In this document: one piece after another, positions 23,295 to 33,265 of the stretch
How positions within the stretch are numbered: position 1 is the first letter of the stretch
Layout: each line of letters starts with the position of its first letter
The notes under the pieces: model-generated
Seen by the model: only the letters and a program-made list of their open reading frames with translations
Told to the model about the DNA's origin: nothing
Databases searched by the model: none
Position numbers and translations under genes: made by a program
NCBI RefSeq assembly: GCF_001194135.2
Contig: NC_068992.1
Coordinates: 17,771,553 to 17,804,817, forward strand
DNA: 33,265 bases
Source: Octopus bimaculoides
Taxonomy: Eukaryota
Reading direction: 5' to 3'

Positions 23295-23945
23295 CTCAGG
23301 CATGGCTGTGTGGTAAGAATTTTGCTTCCAATAGAACCGCTAAGTTACGGGAACTTAAACATACCAACATCGGTTGTCAAGCGATGGTAGGGGGACAAAT
23401 ACAGACACACAAACGTATATATATATATATNNNNNNNNNNNNNNNNNNNNNNNNNNNNNNNNNNNNNNNNNNNNNNNNNNNNNNNNNNNNNNNNNNNNNN
23501 NNNNNNNNNNNNNNNNNNNNNNNNNNNNNNNNNNNNNNNNNNNNNNNNNNNNNNNNNNNNNNNNNNNNNNNNNNNNNNNNNNNNNNNNNNNNNNNNNNNN
23601 NNNNNNNNNNNNNNNNNNNNATAGAGAGAAAATTCTACTTCATCAGCTACCCACGTTTTAACACCGGCGTTTCGACGAGCTTGGGCAGGACGCATCGTTA
23701 AAATGTATAAATTGTATACGCAAATTAAATCTTGCCATGGAGGAATGTAGTGGCGGACAAAAAACAAGACAGGAAAACAAATACAACGGGCTTCTTTCAG
23801 TTTCCGTCTATCAAATCCACTCACAAGGCTTTGGTCGGCCCGAGGCTATAGTAGAAGACACTTGCCCAAGTGTGCCATGCAGTGGGACTGAACCCAGAAC
23901 TATGTGGTTGGGAAGCAAGCTACTTACTACACAGCCACTCCTGCA
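23295..23945 (-). mobile_element. Rearranged SINE family C: plus-strand head (23295-23332), minus-strand body (23333-23420), gap and insert, minus-strand head (23783-23945)
   Basis: Each block aligns to the family C sequence at 30848-31257 or 7694-7822; strand switch at about 23332. Confidence 0.8.
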
Positions 23946-24020
23946 CCCGTGAACGTATGTCTTGCATATTTTCTTTTCCTGCAACCGATATTTAGAGTAT
24001 CTCATTATATATCCACATAA

Positions 24021-24234
24021 GGCGGCGAACTGGCAGAATCGTTAGCAAGCCAGGCATAATGCTTAGCAGCATTTCATCCGTTTTTAAGTTCTGAGTTCAA
24101 ATTCCGCCGATAGAAGCTTTTTCATTTTTTCGGAGTCGATAAAATACATGTATCAGTTATACACTGAGGTCGATGTAATCGACTTACCCCCTTCCCTTAA
24201 ATTTCTGGCCTTGTACGAAAATTTGAAACCATTA
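24021..24234 (+). mobile_element. SINE family B (short-tail variant)
   Basis: GGCGGCGAACTGGCAGAATCGTTAGC...GAGTTCAAATTCCGCC...GTCGATGTAATCGACTTACCCCC...TTTGAAACCATTAT. Confidence 0.88.
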
Positions 24235-25325
24235 TATATCTAAGTACTTTAACTGAAAAATAACCATCGATATCAAAATCACACTTGAATGGTTGTAGAT
24301 TTCCAACACCCTGTATCTTTTATTTACGCTTAAGAAAATCGATAAACGGACTGGTTTATGTTTTAAATATCTCCAGCGTTTGCTGGTTGAGTATTTCGGA
24401 CGAAATGGTACGATAATAGCGATGCACAGTATTTTACAGTTATGTGAACAAAATTCTCAGACAAATACAATGAGTGGCTATGTTGTTGCTCTATCAACTC
24501 GAAGTAACAGTCAAACTGTGATGTGACGTTTGTCGTACGCTCGAAGGAAAGAGTGAATTTTCGTAATTCAAGAGCAGTGAAACTTCTGCCTATAAAATTG
24601 TAACACGCTAATAGTTTCTTTTTTTCAATGAAATTCACCGCGGTTGGATTTGCATACAACGCAACACGGAGATACCTGTTAATTAAGAACAGATGAAGAG
24701 TAAAAAAACAACAAATAAACAAAAAAAAAAAAATGCAGAACAAATAATTATTTTAATTACTTGGTAATTTTTCTAAAAAAAATTAGTATCATGAAAATAA
24801 TTAGGCACAATTTTAATTAAAGTAATTTTAGGAGTTTTTCTTTCGAACCGAAATCGTTTCTCTTTTTATATATTTTTAAAAATATATTTAGTTTTGTGTA
24901 TTCTATTGCGCAAAATATAATAAATAACAAACACCACCAATAAAGAATCTTTAACTAAAGGTGAACATTCGGGTATTTTGTTTCTCACGTTTAATAATAT
25001 ATAGCGAAACTCTGACTGTGTTGTTTTTAGTTTAAACGATGTATAGTTTAATTAAATTTTCATGCAACAGAATTAATTTTGTCTAACGAGCTTTTAATAA
25101 GAATAACTAATCAACTATTGATTTTCTCACATTGGCACAAGGCCAAAATAAAAGAAAAATTGCATGGGAAGTGTAGGTAGTAGACTGAGATTATTGTAAT
25201 AGTGAAGTAAATTACTGGTGAACGTTTTAGAAGTAGATCAATGAAGCGGGGTGAAAGGCGAATATCGACCTTTTCGGTGTTTGAGCTATCAATCTAAACA
25301 ATGGGAGGCATTTTGATGTAGTTAG

Positions 25326-25326
25326 T

Positions 25327-25393
<67 letters not shown>
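25326..25393. repeat. (ACT)n microsatellite
   Basis: Pure run. Confidence 0.96.
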
Positions 25394-25394
<1 letters not shown>

Positions 25395-26299
25395 TCATTG
25401 TTGATCACAAGGGCTGAAAAATATATTTTGTACGATACAAAGACGAAGTAGAGTGAGGATTTATGAGTAAACGCGTATCACTAAAACAATAGCAGTTACG
25501 AAAATTGATGACAACAAAATTCCCTAACAGTGGGAAATACCACTCAGGGGCAACCAAGGAACGCCACCGATCTTGGATCACTCCGACCGCCAAGGGTATC
25601 ACTGGGAAGCAACCCTAACTCATCCGTTCTCTCCAATCTACAGGCGTAACCTCGGAGTAAATCTACTCACTCGTGCCATCTCGCTGCATTCTCCCACCAG
25701 TCAACAAATTTACTGAGAGATACAAACTCCCTCTCCATCCTCACTTTCCTTTATAAATGGAATTAAAAAAAAAATCGATGAGCGTTTGGCCGAAGAGGAA
25801 AGTGTCTTCAGTCCTTTCATTCTCGTCCACCGCACAATCTCTCTCATCATAACCTCTAGACAGATGACCAAAAGAAGATGCCGGGGCGATCTTCACGACG
25901 GAGTTGGACGATAGCCGGATCCGTCTTACACGTGATAGTTGCTGCTCAACATGACTCCACAAGTCAGCAATGCTCGGGTTCTATACGAGTGCGTGCAGGA
26001 CGGCTTCGTCGCTCAGCGTTCATCTTGGACATGACCGGCTACGGCACTACAAGTGTTATGCCAGTATAGTTTATCCAGAATCGACAATACCCTCCACCAA
26101 CCCCAGCAACACTACGAGGCCATGGTATCCATGGGCTCTGAACCGGAATCATCCAGAACGAACCAGCTTCTTGATTTTCATCGATGCTCAGAGTTTCCCT
26201 GCGGACGCTGTCGCTCTTACCCACCAGTAATCCCCTATAAAACGTCATAGAACTTCCACCGACCACATTGCCCGACCAGTAGAGGGCTGTGAGTGTTGA

Positions 26300-26830
26300 C
26301 CACACTTTAGACGTTTTAAAAACAGTTTCTAAGTTCCGTGTTTGTCTACGTTCGACAAGAGGAAGGAAAGTGATAAGGCCCATTTCCTGATTTCTGTGGA
26401 AGGACAGGTGTTTCGTTCTTTTTGATGTATGAGAGTGTTTTTTACGAGTAGTTCTTTATGAAGCCTTTTATTAAAAGTCCCTCGGAAATCGATTCTTTTG
26501 GACTATTTTGTCTTTAATCTTTTATCCGTTTCTTTGTTTGATTATATAATTTTATCACGAGTTGGAATATTATATGGTGATATGATGTAGTCATTGTAAA
26601 TAATGTATGTGTTGCTATATATGATTTATAAAGTCCTTGTTGATTGTCTCTATGATAGAGATCGAGTTGTTGAGGACACTTTTCGTTTCGTTTGGATATG
26701 CTGTTCTTGATGTTGGTCGTTTTTTCATTTGTTAAGATGTTCTTAGTGCTGAAGGCGTTTGTGGTTGTGTTGGTTTTGGGTGCATGAGTGTGTGTTTGTC
26801 GGTTTCTGTGCTTCAGCATCTAAGCTGGGT
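26300..26830 (-). mobile_element. Highly decayed Penelope-like element (RT-linker to GIY-YIG region)
   Basis: Frameshifted minus-strand peptides TTNIKNSISKRNEKCPQQL, HHIIFQLVI, (I)xxxGTFNKRLHK, HQKERNT...STEIRKW and KVWSTL recall the NIKxIISxHNxKxL...IIYQA...YIGxxExxFKxRxxNH...RNSTxLSxxIW...KWSIL order of Penelope-type ORFs. Alignment by eye. Confidence 0.5.
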
Positions 26831-26969
26831 TTTTTTTGTTCGATGCACAGTTTGTAATTTCTGGTTTTTCTCTTTCCCTTGGCAAGTATCTATTTTGCTA
26901 AGTGTTTCAAAAGGATTTCTTTGAAAGGCGCGTTTTCGTATTCTGAAAAATCTGTGGCAGGGAAATCTG

Positions 26970-27080
26970 TCAGGCAAAGTCGACCTCGGCGGAATTTGAA
27001 ATCAGAATGTAGCGGCAGACGATATACTGCTAAGCATTTCGCCCGGCGTGCTAACGAATTCTACCAGCTCACCGCCTTAA
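26970..27080 (-). mobile_element. SINE family B, 5' head
   Basis: GGCAAAGTCGACCTCGGCGGAATTTGAAATCAGAA...CTAAGCATTTCGCCCGGCGTGCTAACGA is the reverse complement of 28002-28105. Confidence 0.88.
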
Positions 27081-27084
27081 CAAC

Positions 27085-27145
27085 AACAGCAACAACAACA
27101 ATAATAATGATAACAACATCAACAACAACAACAATAATAATATTC

Positions 27146-27226
<81 letters not shown>
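27085..27226. repeat. (AAC)n/(AAT)n microsatellite
   Basis: Direct inspection. Confidence 0.95.
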
Positions 27227-27784
27227 GTGTAAAGTAATTTCTCAATGCAGATGATTTATATAAAGATTGTTCCACCGTAGTTACTATCGAATGATTTATA
27301 GAAACGTTTGTTCCACCATAACTATTAATTAGACATAGTCTAGTTGGAATCGAGTCAAATTGTATTTTTTTTATCATTGGAAGAAACATCGATTTTTTTC
27401 CTGTTCTTATAGGCTAGACGTCCTTGCCTCCACCGGTACATCGTTACCCCTCTTGCTTTCTATTATTCAACCCTAAATTGATCATTTTACTATTTAATGA
27501 CGAAGTACCAGAGTTTAGCGCTAAGGATTCAGTGTGACTTTGAACTAGTGGAATGATGTACCTGTACTCTCATGGTGAATATCTAAATGGTGCTCATATT
27601 TTCCCTTACTGACCATTGAGTCTGGTAGACGCCCAACCACCGATATCTGATATAAGGTTGGCAAGAATATTCCCCACCGTTTTTGGTTTCGACCTTAGAT
27701 GTGGCTGCTTCACCTCAGGTCAATACAAAACTAGGAAATCATCTTTTTTTTTGCTTTAGAGAATATAGGCGTAATTTGATGGTT

Positions 27785-27958
27785 TGTTCACGTCTCCATA
27801 ACGTAGCAATTTGGCAAAAGAGACGAATAGAAAAGTACCAGGCTTAAAGAGAAAATATGTCCTGGGGGAGGGTCGATTCATACGACTAAAAAAATTCTCC
27901 AAGGCGGTGCTCCAGCATGGCTGCAGTCTAATGACTAAAATAAGACAAAAAGATAAAA
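27785..27958 (+). mobile_element. SINE family C, 3' tail
   Basis: TTGGCAAAAGAGACGAATAGAAAAGTACCAGGCTT...AAGGCGGTGCTCCAGCATGGCTGCAGTCTAATGACT matches 2900-3030. Confidence 0.82.
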
Positions 27959-28001
27959 ATTGTAGTCACTGCGATAGTCCGAACGCTGTAGAATTAAATA
28001 A

Positions 28002-28235
28002 GGCGGCGAGATGGCAGAAACGTTAGCACGCCGGGCGAAATGCTTAGCGTTATTTCGTCTGCTATTACCTTCTGAGTTCAAATTCCGCCGAGGTCGAATT
28101 TGCCTTTCATCCTTTCGGGGTCGATAAATTAAGTACCAGTTACGCACTGGGGTCTATGTAATCGAGTTAATCCCTTTGTCTATCCTTGTTTGTCCCTTCT
28201 ATGTTTAGCCCCTTGTGAGCAATAAAGAAATAAGA
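28002..28235 (+). mobile_element. SINE family B, full length
   Basis: A-box-like TGGCAGAAACG and B-box-like GAGTTCAAATTCC, central GCCTTTCATCCTTTCGGGGTCGATAAATTAAGTACCAG core, tail ending AATAAAGAAATAAGAA. Confidence 0.92.
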
Positions 28236-29304
28236 ATTATATGGAGTGGTTTCTATTCTCGATTATTACCAATTTATCTCTCATATAACACAGTTGTTTT
28301 TGATAGATGATGAATTCCTCATAACACAATGTTCTCGTTCCTTCATAATGAGAGAAATATATCTATTGATTTTGCTGGATCAGGTACATAGCAAACATTA
28401 TCTCTCTCTCTCTCTCTCTNNNNNNNNNNNNNNNNNNNNNNNNNNNNNNNNNNNNNNNNNNNNNNNNNNNNNNNNNNNNNNNNNNNNNNNNNNNNNNNNN
28501 NNNNNNNNNNNNNNNNNNNNNNNNNNNNNNNNNNNNNNNNNNNNNNNNNNNNNNNNNNNNNNNNNNNNNNNNNNNNNNNNNNNNNNNNNNNNNNNNNNNN
28601 NNNNNNNNNNNNNNNNNNNNNNNNNNNNNNNNNNNNNNNNNNNNNNNNNNNNNNNNNNNNNNNNNNNNNNNNNNNNNNNNNNNNNNNNNNNNNNNNNNNN
28701 NNNNNNNNNNNNNNNNNNNNNNNNNNNNNNNNNNNNNNNNNNNNNNNNNNNNNNNNNNNNNNNNNNNNNNNNNNNNNNNNNNNNNNNNNNNNNNNNNNNN
28801 NNNNNNNNNNNNNNNNNNNNNNNNNNNNNNNNNNNNNNNNNNNNNNNNNNNNNNNNNNNNNNNNNNNNNNNNNNNNNNNNNNNNNNNNNNNNNNATATAT
28901 ATATATATATACATAAGTAATGCTAATTAATCTCCAAAAATACTATTTCGGCAATAAGAACATCAGAACTCTCAGGTGACGGCTCTGAATAGTTTTGGTT
29001 TATAATTAACGGAGAAATTGCAATGGCATCATTAATTTAGTCTAATGTAGGTGACTAAAACACATAGTCTAATGAAACTAGTCTGCATCGAAAACATTTA
29101 GAAATTTAGTAAATTTGAAAAGTTGGAAAACAAGCTGCTTTTTTCTCTCTCTAAGAGACGAAAGTTTTTGCCTTGGACAGCAGAAAACTCTTCTTCTTAC
29201 GGCATACAAATTTAGTCGAATTTAACCTGAATACTTGAAAACTTTTAAAAATATAACCTGTTTGCTTTTTCTTTTATCATTTTGCCATTATAACATTTAT
29301 TATA

Positions 29305-29460
29305 CTTTGGTGAGCCAGTGGAGCATCGAAGAAATTTCCTTAGGGTATTTACGTTCTTTTGTGTTCTAAGTTCAAATCTAGTCGCCGAAATCAGTTTTGC
29401 CTATCACCATTTCTTAGTCGATGAAGAAAGTACCATTTATATACTAGGGTGATGTAATAG
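29305..29460 (+). mobile_element. SINE family B, old and diverged
   Basis: AAGTTCAAAT...TTTGCCTATCACCATTTC...GTCGATGAAGAAAGTACCA aligns loosely to 28002-28160. Confidence 0.55.
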
Positions 29461-30847
29461 TTGTTTCTCCAAAAGTAGCGACTTTAAGCATGTGTTATAT
29501 ATATTCAAGGTCGCTAATTCTAGGAAAAGATATACTTGCAGGTCCGTCCGCAGCTGGTTTTAGGTTGAGACATAATGTAAAGTGCGGCGCTCATTTCGCA
29601 AAGATAGTTGGTTCAGGCTAGATAAAAAACGTACCCTCCAGGACAATCGGTAATACACCATGGTCAGAAGAAAATATAAGCAACGTTTCAAACTGCTCAT
29701 CAAATATACTAATAGTCAATGTTTAATATATATAATGTAAGTAAGCTTTGTAGTTACGCACACGCCTATATTCCTTTTTTTAAGACGGAAGAGTACAATT
29801 TGAGGGACGTCTTGATACTGCTTCTAGCTGCTGTAAAGGTCGCACAGAAGCTCCTACGCTGGCCACATAAATGAATGCGTTGCGATCATGTGGTTCTCAT
29901 GTAGTCTGTTGTTAGTTATTGAGCCGCTCAGTGTTACATCAATATATTGAATTATCGTTATTCAAACAGGTTCAGATATTTTAAAAATTGACTCTTGTCT
30001 ACAAATACAAACGTTATGTAATGTTGTTTAAGATGCAGTATCTGCCTACCTTTGCATGCTTTAAAATTAACTCTGTCTAGATAATGATATCTAATTTTAA
30101 CTTACTTTTGTCAACAATGAATATTAGCGTGGTCATGATATTAAGTAGATCAAATTTTTTTTTTGAAGGGTTAAAAATCGAAAGTGGTTCCTTAACATAA
30201 CGGCGAGTATCTATTATTGAAATCGCACCGCTGCATAAATTTGTTTTGTAAACAATATAGAAAAGAAAGAGTGTATTCATTTCTTTGACGAAGCTAAGAA
30301 AAAGCAACTATAAACCAGCTTAACACCTCGTCTCTGAACGTAGGAAGATATATAAAAACGTAAAGTGATGAAGTGATAAATTTAATCCAATAGAATGTCT
30401 GTGAAAGATTTTTACCTCGTCACCTCGCAGTGCTGAAAATATAAACCACCTGATCACTTGCATTTGAAAAATACTGACAAAGTTCAGTGGTTTTCTTTTC
30501 TTCTCTGTTTTGTTAACAATATACAACAATTTACGGCGAGCGTCGTCGAATGAATAGAATGAAATGAAGCTGTTGAAATGAAGCGAAATATGACTCGTAA
30601 TTTCGATTCCCGGTTTTATTTCTCATCATACGCAACACAAATAAACTTGACAAAAGCAAAACAACCACGAAGTAATCATGCCTTCCTCTGAAAGTGGTTG
30701 TTCTTGTTGCTGAACCACAGTTCAACCGTAATCAATAAGACATGATCAAAGATATCTTATTCTTGTCTATTCATAACAGTATGACAGTGAGCTGGTCTTG
30801 GGTTCAATCCCACGCTAACTAATTATTTACGATATATATATATTTTT

Positions 30848-31064
30848 TTACTCTTTTACTTGTTTCAGTCATTTGACTGCGGCTATGAAGGAGCACCGCC
30901 TTTAGTCGAGCAAATCGACCCCAGGACTTATTCTTTGTAAGCCTAGTACTTATTCTATCGGTGTCTTTTGCCGAACCGCTAAGTTACGGGGGACGTAAAC
31001 ACACCAGCATCGGTTGTCAAGCGATGTTGGGCAGACAAACGCAGCCACAAAAACACACACACAG

Positions 31065-31119
<55 letters not shown>

Positions 31120-31257
31120 TACGACGGTCTTCTTTCAGTTTCCGTCTACCAAATCCACTCAAAAGGCTTTGGTCGGCCCGGGGCTATAGTAGAAGTCACT
31201 TGCCCAAAGTGCCACGCAGTGGGACTGAACCCGAAACCATGTGGTTGGTAAGCAAGC
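30848..31257 (-). mobile_element. SINE family C, near full length; extreme 5' end replaced by the foldback element
   Basis: Tail, internal (CA)n(TA)n, CORE-like block and B-box region are present; homology stops at ...GCAAGCTA (about 31258). Confidence 0.92.
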
Positions 31258-31902
31258 TAAATATATATGCTAATGTATATACTCTGTGTATTTTCCGGTG
31301 GCTACAATGGCGTAGCGGGGTATATAACTCTCATGTCGCCGGTAATAAAACAACTTAGAGTTATGGACAAGTGAGGTAACCCACCCTCAATTCCATTTGG
31401 TCGTGATGGACATCGATGTTTCGCCATTTTTGTGGCTTGTCAACATCACGTACCCACCTGGAGTTGAAGGCGAATCACCTAGCCAGTCCACGACTTATAT
31501 GATCATGGCTTGTAAAGTCATGGGCTGGTATGGCCGGAAATTGCATATTTAAGAGAAAATTTACATATGAAGTAAAAGCAACTCTTGTATAATAAATTTT
31601 ATTAAATGCATATACAAATGTATATGTTTTGTGTATTTACCGCTTGCTGCAATGGCGTAGCGGAGTATATAACTCTCATGTTGCCAGTGATAAAACACCT
31701 TAGAGTTAGGGACAGGCGTGATAAGCCACAAAATTGAAGAAACATCGGTGTCTATCAGTTCAAATGGGTTTGAGAATGAGTTATCTCGCCCGTCCATAAC
31801 TCTAAGGTGTTTTATCACCGGCGACATGAGAGTTATATACTTCGCTACGCCATTGCAGCCACCGGACAAGACACAAAGCATATACATTAATATATGTATT
31901 TA
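31258..31902. mobile_element. Foldback / long-TIR non-autonomous DNA element (645 bp) with a third internal arm
   Basis: 31258-31445 is the imperfect reverse complement of 31712-31902. 31605-31715 is a direct copy of the outer arm. Both ends read TA. Confidence 0.85.
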
Positions 31903-31904
31903 AT

Positions 31905-31916
31905 AACAACAACAAC

Positions 31917-31972
<56 letters not shown>

Positions 31973-32070
31973 TGATGATGATGATGATGATAATAATATA
32001 TATACACACACACACACGCACACACACACACACACATACATACACACACATACGTTCATACACACATGCA
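31905..32070. repeat. (AAC)(AAT)n(GAT)n then (CA)n microsatellites
   Basis: Direct inspection. Confidence 0.95.
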
Positions 32071-32254
32071 TATATCTGTAAGAAAGTTATCTTGTAAAGG
32101 TAAGCGCGAATATGTTGAGTTCCATGACAATGACGTAAAGGAGCTTTGGCTGCTACCCTAGCATAATGAACGACAGTATGGATACTTCCACGCTACACAA
32201 ATGAATACGAGTAGGAATGGTGCCACTTCTGGCGTAGTTGTTGCTTGTCTCTCC

Positions 32255-32420
32255 TTCGGCCAGGAAACACAGACCAGTGATCAGGGAAGTTCCAGCCGTG
32301 ACCATGTTTTACGTTTGTGTATCTGAGACTGCATTGACTTATTTGTCCATCTGTTAAGACAGCAAAACGTGGTCCGTAGAAATTTGGTTGCTATTTCTAG
32401 CCGGTCGTGCAGCCACGTGA
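32255..32420 (+). repeat. Old dispersed repeat (family D); weaker fragments near 235-530, 4840-4900, 4980-5040, 6885-6950 and 29790-29860
   Basis: Recurrent ...ATTTGGxTGxTATTTCTAG... and GTGACCAT motifs. Class undetermined. Confidence 0.5.
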
Positions 32421-33265
32421 AGCAAATACATACAATATTGCGATTATATTAGAAATCACTTTTGACAAAGTTTGGTAATCAAAAATTTGTAATGCAACAA
32501 ATATTAATAATATTTTCCACAATGAATTTAAAAAAAATGTTTGTAAAATGCATGTTTCTAAATATATTAGCATCGTGTTTATTTCTCAATATGACATGCA
32601 AATATCGGTGTTATCTCACATTGTGGCTATCATGCATGAGATCATGCGATGTCGTGATGTGGGATATCTGCAACGCATTCACATAAAATCGTCGCCTCAA
32701 TCTGTATGGCTACGACCACCAACGCCACCACCTTCCGCAGAATTGAAAAGATTTATTGCTATGCGCTGTTCGTTACTGCGGTGGGGGATATCTGGTAATA
32801 AATTAAAATGCGCGAGACAAGGTGATCTGAAGATTAACATTCGATATTTTAAGGATGAAAATGCAAGGGAAACGAAACGCCATAAAATTGAAGGACAAAA
32901 ATAAGTGTAAGCTAATATGGTAAACATAATCCGGGCATTTGTTGCTTAATTGAAATGAATTAAATGAATTAAAATTATAAAATGTTTTAAGTTTTTAATT
33001 ATTTATCCCATTATAACGAAGTATTTTGTGACAATATTTCATTTACATTTATTTTTATGATAGATGTGTTAATGTATATATGAAAATAATATTCGGCTTC
33101 TCAGCTAGTTCTGATGTCATTCACCTTTGCTGTTGAAATACATACAACAACATTAACTCTATTTTACATATCTTTATGTATAACAAATAACAACTTTCAC
33201 TGATGAATGGCAGAGATTTCATAATGTAGTGTCTCACACAATATTCTAATATCTGTATATATATA

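Noticed and set aside
24363-24743. 126-aa minus-strand ORF and an ATTTGCAT octamer near 24648
   Set aside because: Starts in a poly-T tract, no recognisable domain; a lone octamer is expected by chance in 33 kb of AT-rich DNA.
27675-27725. Minus-strand CTGAGGTGAAG...GGTCGAAACC resembling a hammerhead
   Set aside because: Core has an insertion, stem II pairs poorly, and there is no valid NUH or stem I.
31561-32071. Related ORFs (…WLQWRSEVYNSHVAG…) suggesting a small gene family
   Set aside because: They are translations of the three arms of the foldback element.
1-33265. CRISPR arrays, operons or other prokaryotic systems
   Set aside because: The sequence is eukaryotic repeat-rich DNA; there is no repeat-spacer periodicity or gene-dense region.

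Overview
Repeat-dense, AT-rich eukaryotic genomic DNA from a gapped draft assembly. N-gaps lie at 1152-2136, 2618-2643, 3563-4235, 9449-9458, 9731-9740, 12710-13156, 14026-14493, 15148-15700, 20534-20746, 21863-22034, 23431-23620 and 28420-28895. The tRNA-derived SINE families and the extreme microsatellite load resemble an octopus (coleoid cephalopod) genome; this is an inference from recalled repeat consensi, not a database hit. I cannot support any intact host gene: almost all supplied ORFs are translations of gaps or microsatellites. The window looks intronic or intergenic. It contains at least three SINE families in many copies, two 5'-truncated R4/Dong-like LINE ends embedded in (TAA)n, decayed Penelope-like fragments with hammerhead-like relics, and several MITE/foldback elements. 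The most notable structure is a non-autonomous Helitron-like element (A|TC...hairpin-CTAG|T) abutting, or containing, a near-identical 326-bp copy of sequence from about 2.7 kb upstream. I found no convincing wholly new biological system; the leads are transposon-architecture observations and a few weak exon candidates.
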